From Lama guanicoe (taxonomy: Eukaryota), in assembly GCA_013239625.1 (NCBI GenBank), contig MU054466.1:2108001-2172000 (forward strand): a stretch of DNA of 64,000 nucleotides, in the 5' to 3' direction. Made by a program: the position numbers and the translations under genes. The first letter of the stretch is position 1. The number at the start of each line of letters is the position of its first letter. Below are positions 50,485-62,795 of this stretch, piece after piece. The notes beneath the pieces were generated by a model. That model saw only the letters and a program-made list of their open reading frames with translations. It had not been told where the DNA came from and searched no databases.

Positions 50485-50665
50485 TATGTTAAATCCAGAA
50501 AAAGAATTGCTAAAATAAGGTCACAAAATGTGTCATTTATCTTAAATATTTCCATTTAGCAAATTAACAATTTAAACCCATGCTTGAGCAAATGCAGTGT
50601 AATTGTGCTATTCGCAAGCTGATGACGGGGATTTATTTTAATTTAGAGCTGAAAGTGTACATTGG
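50485..50665. promoter_or_regulatory. Candidate conserved non-coding enhancer
   Basis: Sharply bounded AT-rich unique island with AAATTAACAAT (homeodomain plus SOX), AGCAAAT (twice), GTAATTG and TTAATTTAG. Confidence 0.55.
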
Positions 50666-51414
50666 AGGCCCTGCCTGTGCAGCTCCTCAGGGCCTGGCAG
50701 GGGCTGGGGTGCCCTAGCCAGTGGCCGGCGGGGGGTGGGGGTGGGCAGAGAGGTCAGCGCCCCTCCGGGCCTGGGTGTCCAGAGTCTTTGGGGCCTCCCG
50801 AGTCTCTCGGTGCCAGCTCTGCTGGTTTCCAGATCCTGTAAATAAAGCACTGACCCCCCATTTATCTACCCGCTGCCCGGCCCTGTGGCTGGCATCCAGC
50901 CAGGGGCCTCCCCCCTTCTTTCGCTGAAGGGCTGTTACTTACCCATCTTCTTCCTCCCTCCTCCTTGGAAACTGCTAGAGCCTTTGGAGGACTCTGTGTC
51001 ACCCCTGGGCCGGGGACTGGAGGATCCAACAGCAGAGAGAGGCAGCTTCCCAAGGCCCCTCTGGCACCGCTGGCTGTGCCCCGGTGGCCTGGGTGGAGCT
51101 GGGCTTGAGGAAGCTGCGGGGCCGACTGGGAGAATCTAGAGCAAGAAACCCGGACAGGAGACAACACAGCTGTACGAGGGAGACAGAGGACCCACCAATG
51201 GGCCCTCCCTCTGAGGGTGCAGGCCGACCCTGACCCCGGGTTCTGAGCAGGCTTGGGGTGAGGGTGCCAGCACAGGAGTGGGTGAGAGGTCAGAAGACTG
51301 TGAGTCACTACCAGACCCACGTGCAATGCGGCGCTGAGACACGCACCCCCTCCAGATCGGCACTGCCTTACAGGGTGCTTGATGGAGACCCCAGAGAAGG
51401 TGGGGAGGGGGAGC

Positions 51415-51525
51415 CAGCATTTCATTGCCTTGTGCCTGGCACTGCTCTCTCTTGAGTTTCCCAGTAGCCCCAGGATGTAGGCTGTGAGCCCATTTTACAG
51501 AAGAGGAAAACTGAGGCACAGAGCA
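51415..51525 (-). mobile_element. MIR
   Basis: cccattttacagaagaggaaaactgaggcacagag, a near-consensus core. Confidence 0.85.
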
Positions 51526-51721
51526 GCCTCAGTTGAAGGATGATGGAGAAGATGGAGGTTGGGGGAGACGTACCTATCTTGCCCAGGTGGCCACAACCAG
51601 GACCTGGGACCCCTCGCAGGGCCCCCACCCAGCTTGGCTCCCTGGGCTTCCATGTGGTCACTATTTTGAGGGTGTTTCTAGGCTCCCAGAGAGCAAGGAT
51701 TTCAGTCCCTTCCCCTTATGA

Positions 51722-51870
51722 TTTTTCCAACAGCTCTGTTGGGTATAATTTGCATGTCATAACACTCACCCGCTGTAAGATATACAATGCAGAGACTTGT
51801 AAGAAATACATACACTGCAGAGACAGAACTTCACCACCAGAAAAGCTTCTTGGCAACTTCCCTTGGCCCC
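51722..51870 (-). mobile_element. L1M 3-prime end fragment
   Basis: ttttccaacagctctgttgggtataatttgcatgtcataacactcaccc...tatacaat. Confidence 0.7.
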
Positions 51871-53034
51871 AGACCTGGCTTGGGACAGCCCTGGCAGGAG
51901 GGGTGGGTGGGCTCTGAGCAGCTCGGGGCTTTCCTCAGGCAGATGAGGACCAAGAACCTGCTCGCCTTGTTCTGGTGCACACTCTCGGGGGCCGGGCCTC
52001 CTACCCCTGAACCGCAGCACCAGGGTGTTCGAAGTCACAGACTCTGCTCTCCCTGGGGACCTCCTGAACCCCTCCACCCTCTTCCGCAGCCTCGCCTCCC
52101 TGTGGGTGGCTCAAGGACTCCCCTACATCCATGGCTCAGAGCTAAGCCGACTTAATTCTTTTGATCTTAGTTTGGAAATCAGCCCCTCCAGCCATTCCCG
52201 CTGCTGCTTTGCTAAGTCTTCGGGGCCCGAGTCGGAACCCTGGCTGCCAGCACCTCACAGTGGGCTCCCCTGGCACCTGCCTTGACCTCCTTTCTGGAGC
52301 ACAGCCCCCGCTGTGGGCCTGCTGGGCACCCTCCAGGTGGCTATGCCGGGGTGGAGCCCCAGGAATGCAGAAGGGTGGGCCCCTCCTGGGGTCTGCTTGG
52401 CACTGGGCCTCCCTCGTCCCACCTGGGCTCGGGGTTTGCCCTGCCAGGCCCTGTGAGGAACAGGCTGGGGCACATGGGCGAAGCGCAGGTTCGTAGCCAG
52501 TTCTACCTGTTCCCATCATAGCTCTGCCAGGTGCTGGGTGCAGAACTCTGCAACAGATCATCCACTGCCCTGGGCCTCAGTTTCCCTGTCAGTAAACCTG
52601 GGGTCTGTGGGACGTCTTTCCTCCCCTGCGGGGCAGGCGCCCGGCCCCCAAGTCACGACTCAGCCCCTAATGACTTCTGACCTCACCTAACTTCTAGAAG
52701 CCAGGGGCAGCGGAGTACCCTGGGTACAGACCCTCGGTCAAGCCAGAGAGCAGGGCTCAGACAGTCTCCCCAGCTGATGCCCAAGGAGCCAGCAGTGACC
52801 TCATAGCCAAAGCCAGAATTCCTCCTGGAGCCTGGAGCCAGCAAATGGGACCGGAATAGGAACTGGCTGTAAAGTTCTTCCCACACTGCTGCTCCGGGGG
52901 GGATGCGGGGGGATCCGTGACCGCCCGCCCTCTGCCCCCCAGGAGGGAGGGGACCCCACCCGTGCCCCCGTCGGAGGCCGCCCCCTCCCAGGCTTCCCCA
53001 CGCCCGCTCTGAAATGAGAACCAGAGGAGCCTGG

Positions 53035-53200
53035 CAGTTCATTTGTGAGCTGCATTGTGTTGGGGGCTCTTAATTAGACCTGATTAGACTAATTAACTTT
53101 CAGATGAGAACCTGAATTATTTTCCTCCTCTTGCTCTCTTCCTGTTGCTTTCTCCTCATTCCCCTTTTGGAAAGTGAAACAAGAATAAATATTTGAATGG
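53035..53200. promoter_or_regulatory. Candidate enhancer with a phased triple homeodomain site
   Basis: TAATTA (53071), TGATTA (53081), TAATTA (53090), then TGAATTA and AATAAATA. Confidence 0.55.
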
Positions 53201-55554
53201 CTCGCCGCAGCCTAGGAGGTGGACGCAGGCCCGGTGGGCTGGAGGCAGACGGCCCTGCAGGGCTGAGGGCTTGTGCTGCCCCTCCCTCCCTCCCCCCTCC
53301 CCGTCTCAGCTTGGCTGTGTTGCTCTGGGGCCCATGTCATGGCATACTTCACCCTGGTTCTAGGAAGATTGGGATGTGGCGGGTCTTGCCTTTAGCGGAT
53401 GAAGTGCATTTTGTTTCTGGTGCAAAGAGTGGTAGATGAGAGAGACGCTGGGTCCCTTGGGTGAGACTGAGACAGGGAGAAGAGAGTGAAGAGAGCTCCG
53501 GGCGCTGCCTGCCCCCCAGCTCACTCCGACCCGCCCGCGCCCCCGCCGCTGGCTCCCACCCCATAGTGCGGAGAGGCTGCTGTCTGTGTTCTGACCCCGG
53601 CCCTGCAGGCCAGGCCACTGGCAGTGCTAGCTTCCTTGGCAAAGGTGGCCATTCCCAAGGCATTAATTCTGCAGCACCTCCCTGCCCCCAGACTGGAGGG
53701 GTGACATGTGCCCATCCCCCAGGAGGGGATCTGAACAGGTGGACAGTGCCCTGTCCTCCCCCCAGAGGGTGGGCCACCCAGCCACTCGCTCTCCTTGTCC
53801 GTCAGGGGCAGACCAGCACCTGCGTCTGGGGGAGTTTGAGAGTTAAATCGAATGGTCCCATAAGGAAATCAGCCTGGAGCCGCTGGCCTGTCTCCGCTCA
53901 GACATGGCCTCGACACCTTTCCCGCAGTGAGCATTCCAGCGAAGCCCACCCCTCCTGGAGGTTCTCCCCCTCACCTCATCTCAGTCCCCAGACCCTGACG
54001 GGGAAGAATTCCTGACACCAACACCTCCAGCTTTCTTACTGATTTCCCCTCTGCCTCCGACCGTCCCAGCTGCTGGGATGATGGCCCGAGGTGGGCCCTG
54101 CCAGTGGAGGTGGGCGGGAAGCTGCATCTGCTGACGTTCTAGAACTTGTGTGCTCAGGTGGCAGGGTCGGGGGCAGGCCCCATCCATCCTCGTAGCCCGG
54201 TCCCCTCTGTGCGGCCCCAGCCCGTTTGCCTGGCTCAGCAGAAGGGTCTGGCTTCAGTGAAAGCTTCAAGGAGGCATGGGCAGAGTGGGCTGCAGTAGGC
54301 TTGTGTGGACTCCGTCTGGCCCGTGGCGGCCCGCTGCACCTGGGCAAGGAGGGGCTGAACACAGGGAAACTGCTTATGCATCAGGTGGCCCCTGGCAGTG
54401 GACCTGGGGAAAGCGGGGCACCCTGTCTGCAAGGCTCCTGCATCGGCTGAGCAGGAAGCAGGCTGGCACAGGTGGCCACTGGGGCCTCCCTCTCCCTCTG
54501 GGCCTTCCCCCTCCCCAGGCAGCCTTGAACCCCAGGTGTACGTAGGCACCGGCGGGGAAGGAGCCCAGATCCCAGGCCACCTTCTTCCTTTTCAAATCCT
54601 GCCTGCCAGCTCTTGAATTCCGGTGACTTGTTATCTTGCCTGGATCTCCTCAGAAGGACGTTCTCCTGCATGACGGAAGGTGCCCCTGCAGCTCAGAGTC
54701 AGAAAGAGGCTGTGCAGGGTGCCCCCGGGCCACTCCACAGAGCCATGCCCCAGTAGGCTCGAACCTTGGTTCCTGGGTTCCCGGGTTCCCCCAACGCTGA
54801 GTGTTGACGCCTTCTCTTGACGCCCAGCGTACTAAGGGTCCATGGCTAGCGCGAGCTGAGAGGGCAGGGCCAGGCGGCCTCTTCCCCCAGAAGGGCCCCC
54901 CACTTGGGGCCTGCTGCTGTCCCCTCGCAGAGTTTAGTGACAGGCTGCAGCCCTGGGTCTAATGCAGTGGCTCAGGAATGCGTCTGAAACTCGGCTCAGC
55001 CAGCGCATGCACAGGCCCTGAGGAGGGGCTGCAGGGCCAGAGGAGGGTAGGGGGAGAGGCAGCCATGCTGGGTGAGCTGTGCTGAGCCCAGGATGAGGGG
55101 GTTCTGCTTTTCCCTCCTGGCTTAAGCCTCTCCGTTATGGGGTGGAGTAGCATGGGGACCCCGCAATTTCAGTCCCTAGCTGTCACGCTCTCTCCTCCAG
55201 GCAGCCCCCACCTGCCTGCCCTTGCTCAGGAACGTCCCCTCAAACTCTCCTGCACAAACCTCTATCCCCCTGGCGACTTCCTCCCACCCCAGGTGGCACC
55301 AGGGATGCTCTGAAACACTGCAGTTTGAGAACCGCCAGATCAAGAAAGCGTGGTTTTTCCATCCTAGCCGCCTGCGTTTCCTCTGTTCTCTGCTCCCCCT
55401 CCTGCACTGCCTCACCTGGACCCTCCCCGGCCTGCTCTTGGCCTGCCTGCCTGACCCTCCACCCCCTGCAGACCCTCGGCCTCACCTGCCAGGCCTGACT
55501 CTGCGTTCCCACCTGCACCACCCACCTCATCCCGGGGCTCACAACTCAGTTCAA

Positions 55555-56065
55555 ATGTCTGATTAGTCCTTAGGAGATCGAGGGGTCAATCTTCCACAGC
55601 TCCTTCCTCTCCATTTAACTAATTTAACTGCACGATTGTTACAAATTTCATTTTATTATAGCCCTGCTTCTCAGTCCAATTGAATTACTAAAATCTCATT
55701 TTCTCAGAAGTGCTGAATATGTAATTAGAGGAAAAATTATGCTCCTGTCTGCCTATTAGGACGGTTCATGCGTGTGTGAGCCGTGTGACATGTGACGGCC
55801 ACATGGACATCCTGTGTGCAGTGGGCTTGGCCAGAGACAGGCAGAGGCGGGTGGACGCTCACCAGGCTAGAGGCAAGGGTGTCTGATGTCTGCGCCCAGC
55901 AGGGCGGCCCAGGCCAGTCCCTGTGGGTGAAAACGTGTGTGTGCAGGCAGCCCCCATGACTGCAAGAGGGGAAAACCGCATTAACTCCCCGATTACAAAT
56001 TAAACGGTATCTGAGGGCCATTGTAATTAAAGCGGAATTCGATTCCATTCTAACGCCCCATTATG
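55555..56065. promoter_or_regulatory. Bipartite candidate conserved enhancer (55555-55745 and 55965-56065)
   Basis: Dense TAAT/ATTA motifs, CAATTG and SOX-like ATTGT in unique AT-rich sequence. Confidence 0.55.
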
Positions 56066-59000
56066 CCGGGCTCTGCGAGGTGAGGCTGGGCTGCTGCAGC
56101 TGGTTTGATGGGACCCAAGGTTACAGGGATTGGAGCATCGGCCGAGGTTTGTCCTCCTTCCCCAGCCCTGGGTTCTCAGCAGGGCAGCTGGGGAGGAGGG
56201 CTGGGAGCTCTGCCCCGCTCTGCCTAGTCCCTGGAATTTCCTCCCATTGCTGCTCCCAGAGGGCTCGCTGTGGAGGCGGCAAGGTCTCCTTGGGCAGCTG
56301 GCTTTGATGTTGTGGCCGCTGCCCACACTGCAGGGGGCCCTGGTCCCTGATAGTGTGCCAGTCAGTGGGGGAGGGGCCACTTGGGAAGAAAGAAGGGGGT
56401 GGGGTCTTCAGGCTGAAGCTGCTGGAGCGAAGCTTAAGTTTTGGGGACAAAGCCCTTTGTTCCCCACGTGCCCCAGAGGGGTGTTGGGCTGCAGTGGGAC
56501 TCTGTCCAAAACGGGTGAGCTGGTCTGCAAAGACCAGTGAGATGGGATTGGGGTGCGTGCCGCAGCTGTCGGGGGTTTCCAGGCCTCTCTCAGGTTTCTG
56601 GGGGCTGGGGTTCACTGGCAGCAAAAGAAGGGCTTCTTGGGGGTGCTCAGTGCCCTCCCCCAACCTGGCCCTGCACCTGGGCTCCAGGAGCGCCAGCATC
56701 TGTACGTCTTTCCCTCGTGACTTGACCTCTGCTGGCCCCTGTCTTGACCCTCCCTCGACTCCCTCCTACACATCTGTCAAGGTTCTGGCAGAGCCACCTC
56801 TTCCAGGGAGCCTCCCTGAATGCCCCAGGCCGGGTGAGCTCATTGCCTGGCTTCCTCTGTCCTCCCACAGCTTCACATTATCTGCAGAAGGACTGTAGGT
56901 CTGGCTGAGCTGTAAATTCCTAGAGGGCCAGGGCCGGATAGGAGTCTTATTCAGTGCCCAGCTCAAGAGTGGCTCTCAACTGCTGCCCCCCGACTGCTCT
57001 GTGGGTCTCCCATTGTCCTCAGAGTTCTCTACAAGAGGAGTGGCAGAGGGGATGGGGTGGTGGTGACCAGGGAGCCCAGGCTGGCTCCAGGCTGTGTGCA
57101 CAGGCAGGAGGGGCAGCGGCAGACACTGGTCCTGCCGTTTACCCAGATGTCACCACCTTGGCCTCGCCCTGCCCACAGGTCCACAGAGGGTGCGTCCAGC
57201 TCCCATCCCTGCAACCTGAGGTCCCTGCACCCTCTGCGCGCTCATGTGCTCAGGCCTCTGCGCCGATTCAGGTGCCAACAGGGCCTCGGGTCTACCCCTC
57301 ACCTGTGCCGGGGAAGCCGGGCTCGGCAGGGCCTGCCCTGGCTGCAGGCCGCCCGCCTCGTACGGTGTCTGGAGAGCGTCACGCGTAAGATTTCCTCCCG
57401 CCTGTAGCTGTGTCTGCTCCCTAATCCCCAGCTTTTTCTACTGGCTGCAGATCGCTGGAGAATCCCTCAGGGCCCCAGCTAGGCGCTCGCTTATCACTCC
57501 TGCGCAGCCCCGCAAAGTCAGCCCAGCCCAGGGCCGCCCACCACCCTCCCCAGGCCCGGGAGGCCCAGCAGATCCGTCTGTTTCCTCCGAGCTTCAGAGA
57601 GGGCGTGGGGGCGGCACTGCCAGGTGGGGACACAGGGATGTGCACACGCGTGTGAACCACACTTGCACGCCCCCCAGCTGAAGCCTCTGCACCATTTATC
57701 AGCTCTCTTGTAAGAGCGGTGGGAATGGGACCAGCCTGGGGCATGCGGGTGCGAGGGTGTGGGCGCGTGCACACGTGAATGTGTGTACTTGGAAGTGAAT
57801 GACTGGGGAGGGGTGTGTCGCACACACGTGTATGAGTGTGAGGCCGTGCACCTTCAGGCTGTGGCTTGTGGCAGCTGGGCCCCAGCTGAGTTCTGGGTGC
57901 TGGAGGGCGGGGTGTTTCGCCCCATCAGCCTCTTTGTCCGTCCGTTTTCTTGTCCCGCAGAAGCCAGTGTGGAGGAGGGCGTGTGCGGGTGTGCCCACCA
58001 GCATGCGGGCTGAGTCTGGCCTGGCCCTGGCCACTCACTCGAAATGAGCACAGACCCCCAAACCTCATCTCTCCTCCCGCCTGCGTTCCCTGGGGCCCCC
58101 CTCACCCTCCTGCCTGCTCCCTGTGGCCCCCTGGTCTCAGGCTGGTGGCGGCGGGGTTGGGAGGCTGGTCGGATGGATCAGCCCCAACACAGCCACTCAG
58201 GCCTTTCTCAGAGGGAGCTTACGTGGCTCCAGGCCCCCTCCTCCCTGGAGCTTGTTCCATCCTGGGGAGGGCTGCGAGGGAGTATGCAAGGACTGGGGTC
58301 CCTCCTTTCCCCAGCAGGTGCCCTGGGTCCTTGCTGTCTTTTCCTGAGGCAGGGAGATCGGGAGGCAGGAACGGGAGGGCATCTCCCCTGAGGCCGGGCC
58401 CTGAAGCCCTGTGTCTCTGCAGTGTCACAGCTCAGCCCATTCCTCAGGCAGTCGTCTTCCTCCCCTCCTCCCCCGCAGGCTACAGGTGGAGAGTGGGAGG
58501 GGTGCAGGGAGGCATCTTAGCCCCACTAGACAGCTGGGCAAACAGAGGCCCAGGGGAAGTGCTTTGATACCTGCGGTCAACAAGGACCAGGGTCTGGCAG
58601 CTCCAGGCACCCCACATGGTGGGTCCGCCGCCCCTCTGCCTGATACCCTCCAAGTTCAGGGTAGGGTCCTGAGCCTGGCCCTGTGGATCTCTGTCCTTCC
58701 CATCCCGAGCTCCGCCCCTGCCGTGGTGTTTTCAGGCCCAAATGAACATCAAGCAGAGCGGGCAGGGGAGGAGCAGCTGTGGGTCTGGGATGTGTTGTTG
58801 GGGTGCACTGCCCTTTGCCTGGAGATCAGTGCAGGTGCTTGGAGTTGGTTCCCCACAGTCCACTCCAAGGGTGGCCATGGCTGTGTACTTTTCTTGGCCA
58901 CAGCTGGCCCAAGCTCCGTCCCTGGGAGAGGCCCAGCTTCCTGTGGTGAGTGGTTTGGGTCGTGGGACGGAGTGGGATGCGCAGGTGCCAAATCTGAGCT

Positions 59001-60103
59001 CCTGGACTGCCCATGAGACCAGCCTTGTCTGGACCTCTGTGCCAGGTGACTCGAGCAGCTGGTCACCCTGCCTCACTGTACCCCATTGCCCCCTTCTCTT
59101 CTCCCGAGAGGGGAGGCTTAACCCCACCCTCCCTCCTTGCCCTCCACCCACCCACCTCTGGAGAGCAGCCAGCACCCCTCCCCAGCCCAGTCCTCCCATC
59201 CTGCTGCAACCACGTCTCAGGCACCATGTTCTCAGAGTCTTGGGCCCCCGCTGGCCCCTTTGTGAGCAGGTGCTGATGGGCGTCCAGTTTGGCTGAGAGC
59301 AGAGGATGGGGGACCTATCCATGGTCCTTGAACTGGAAGGCAGTCATATTAGAAGACCTATTGCTCGTAGCCCTGGGCAGGGTCAGAGGGTCTGGAACTG
59401 GTAGGGAGGGTCCAGGGAGAAGTGCCCTGCTGCTCCCTGCGGGGGCCCCTCTGTCTGGGACAGCCCAGCCTCTCTGACCCAGATGCCGCCGGTTCCCTGA
59501 GTTCAGCTGAGACTGAGATGGCGTTTTCTGAGGAAGCTTTGCTGTACGATTGGAGGGAGCACCAGGAAGAGGGCCCCGGAGCCTGTTGCCCGCAAGTTCC
59601 CAGAGCCCCACCCTTGCCTTGGAGGCCGGGCTGGTGCACAGGCTGGTGTGGCTGCACTGGCTTGGGGGGGGCCTGGAGCTCCAGGGAGCCGGGGCTGGGG
59701 TGGGCCCTGCGTGTGGCCTGTTTGCCCGCACCTGCAGGGGAGGTGGGGAGCAGCTGCCCGGTGGCAGCTTTGCTCCTGGGCCCTCCACACAGTGTCTGCC
59801 TCTGAGTCTTTTCTCAGCCGATGCCCTGGCAGCCCCAGGTGGGCTCGCCCAGTCCCGGGCGGTGTCGGCCACTGAGCCGGGAGCCGCCCCGGCCTCCAGC
59901 ATGGTCGTCTGTGTCTCAGACCCCGACCCGCACATCGCAGCTCCCGCTGCCCACCTGCTGCAGAGAAGCCCCACGAGCCAGCCCGTCAGAGCTCTTTCCG
60001 TCTGTTCAGTCACTCACTCTCACCATGGCCCTTTGTTCTCCCATTTTACAGTAGAGGAAGCTGGGGACACAGGCAGCCTGCCTGGGGTGGCCTGGTCGGT
60101 GGC

Positions 60104-60443
60104 TGTGTTAGTTTGCCACAGAACGAGCAGCCTAGACGAGCAGTCTCCCGTCTGGAGGCTGGACATCCGAGATTCAGGGTTGTTCCCCCCGAGGCCTCTC
60201 TCCTGGGCGTAGAGACGGCCGTCTTATCCCCATGCCCTCACGTGGTCGTCCTTCTGTGCCTGTCTGTGTCCTGATCTCGTCTCATAAGGACACCAGTCAT
60301 GTTGCATTAGGCCCACCCGCGCGACTGCATTTAACCTTAATTACCTCTTTGAAGACCCCGCCTCCAGATACAGCCACCTTGTACGGAGCTGCGGGCTGGG
60401 ACTTGACACGTGAATTTGGGGGGATGCAGTTCAGGCAGTGACA
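60104..60443 (-). mobile_element. MLT1A-like MaLR solo LTR with 5-bp TSD, nested in a MIR
   Basis: TG...CA termini, internal ataaggacaccagtcat...ttaattacctctttgaagaccc, and gtggc at both 60099-60103 and 60444-60448. Antisense MIR sequence lies on both sides (cccattttacagtagaggaag on the left). Confidence 0.9.
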
Positions 60444-61496
60444 GTGGCAGGGGCAGCTCCAACCCCGTCTGAGCTCAGAGTCACCCCCCGTACTGCCTCC
60501 CAGCCGTGCGATGGCCATAAACAGCAGCAGTCATCAACGCCACCCCAGGCTGCTCACTGTGGCTGCGTGGGGTGGTGGAGGTGGGCAGTCTGGACCTGTG
60601 ACAACTGCCTGGGAGGGACAGCTCCCACCCTGGCCTTGGCCTGGCCGCATCACACCCTCCCCTGAAAGATGGGGCTGGGGGCGGGGCGTGCTCAGGGCCC
60701 AGCGTGTCCGAGCTCTTACAAGGACTCGTGGGGGCCTGGCCTGAGCACACCTCATCCCCCAGGGCCTCACACGTTACCAGGCCGAGTCCCACAGGGACAT
60801 TAGTAAATGCCAGTTTCTGCTCTGAGTTTGACTGACCCGGGTGGAGCCAGCATCTCTGGGCCCCTGGCAGGCCCCCTCAGCGGGTCCTGATGCAGGTGTT
60901 CCTCAGGCCTCAGAAGCAGAGATGCTGCTGTCAGTGTTTGTAGAATGGGCAAGTGAGCATCTGGTGGCCCCGTGGAGCCTAGAAAGGAGAAGGGGCAGAC
61001 CTGGTGGCAGAGGGGAGGGACAGTTGTCAGCTGAGGTCCAGAAGAAAGGCTCTCTGCCAGGAGTCGGTTGACTTCCAAGCCGCAAGGGCCAGCTGCAGAC
61101 TGGACAGTGCCCAGGTGAGAGTGAGGACAGGATGTGGGGTGGGACACCAAGGGAGCGAGGACAGACAGGGCACGAGGCGGGAGAGAGAAAGAAGGGGAGG
61201 GTCTCCCCGGGTGCTTGCGCCCTTCAGCCCCGCCCCCCGCCCCCTGGCCCCAGCTGGCACTGGGGGAAGGGGCCGCTCCCCTTGCTGGGGAGACCGCAGG
61301 CCGGACAGTGCGGCTCTGTGGTTCACCAGGAATGAAATTCACTCTCACCCGGTGACCATAGGGGAGGCGGACGCCGCCAGCCAAGGGCACAGAGTCCCCG
61401 TGTTCTCTCACTCGGACTCCGGCGGAAGGGCCAGCTCCCAGCCCCGGGGCTGGAGGAGTCCCGCAGGCCAGTGCGTCCCAGGCCTGCTGTCCAGCT

Positions 61497-61718
61497 CAGG
61501 AGTCCGCAGACCCGCTCCGCAAAGGACCGGCCCGAACGTGGGTTGGACTTTGTGAGCTGTGCAGCCTCTGGCTTGGCTCCTCCGCCCCGCAGCCACAGCG
61601 TGGGAGCAGCCCTCCACTGTGTGAGTGAACGGGCGGGGCCGGGTTCTAATAAAACTTTATTTACGTAAACAAGCAGTGGGCCCCATCTGCCCCGTGGTCT
61701 CTAGCTTGTTGACCCCTG
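61497..61718. mobile_element. Full-length MER58A hAT-Charlie element with perfect 8-bp TSD
   Basis: cagg...cctg termini, internal ttctaataaaactttatttac, and gtccagct at both 61489-61496 and 61719-61726. Confidence 0.9.
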
Positions 61719-62694
61719 GTCCAGCTGACCATGGTGCCCCAGGGCTGCCCAGCTGTGGAGGTGGGGAAGGGGCAGAGCGCATGGACACCCAGGTACCAAC
61801 CCAACTTGACGAGACTTGGGGTTGCCAGGCTCTGGGGTTCCTGTCCGTTGGAACAGGGAGCCTCCCAGCCAGGGGCTCTTCCTCTGGTATGGGACCTGGG
61901 AGAAGAGCCCAGAGAACCTGGGGTTGGCTGTCTGGGTGGCTGAAGAATGAGGCTTGGGGTGGCCACTGAGGGACCCCGAACCTGAACCCTGGCCCAGGAC
62001 AGACACCCGGGAGGCCAGAGGCCAGAGAACACTTTCTCCTCTCACTGGGAGGTCTCTGCAGCCCAGAGGCATCTGAGACCCCAGGAGATGTCTCAGAGCC
62101 AGAAAGCAAGCCAGCTGTGCCCTCACTCCCGAGACACTGCGCACACAGCCCCTGGATGCACCGGCCCCAGAGCAGCGGCCACATCAGACTCCGGGCAGAG
62201 GAGGGCTCGGCCTGACTCTGGTGTCCTGCCCACATCACGGAAGCCCCTGAGGGATACAAACCCAGAGGAGCTGCATTTGGGGCCTCTAGGGCAGGACTAA
62301 CGGCCCCAGAGGCGCCGGCTGCCTGGCGCACAGAGGCAGCTGGTGCTGACTCGGACACCAAGGCTTTGGCCTGAAACCCGCTCTCTGTGGCTGGCAGAGG
62401 GGAGAGGCGAGCAGGGGGCCCTTGGGGCAGGAGGGTGCCTGGGGAGGTGGACGGTGGACTGTCTCCTTCCTGGTCCAGAGCCTCGAGAGCTGCCACAGCC
62501 CATGGGCCATCCCTCACTGCCCCCCAGCCGGAAGCTGGTGTGTACCCCCCCACCCCATTCTCTTCCTCACCCTTTTCAGCGAGTTGGCTGTCTTCGCCTC
62601 CATGCTCCTGAGGGACAAGGGTCTGGGGGTGCCCTACACCCAGAGAATTTTCCTGCCTGCCCGTGTGCCTGCCTCCTGGCCCCCCAGCCTCTGT

Positions 62695-62795
62695 TGGACA
62701 ACATTATCATTTCATAATACTCTGAAATATACATGAAGTTGGCTGAATGCAGAGAAAATTGCACCATTTACTGCATGAATATTTCATGCTGGCTG
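62695..62795. promoter_or_regulatory. AT-rich island with a POU-like palindrome
   Basis: GCATGAA-TAT-TTCATGC at 62773-62789. Confidence 0.4.

Noticed and set aside
53117-53175. Polypyrimidine tract followed by AG as a possible splice acceptor
   Set aside because: The AG is in a purine context (GGAAAG) and I found no convincing paired donor or coding frame downstream.
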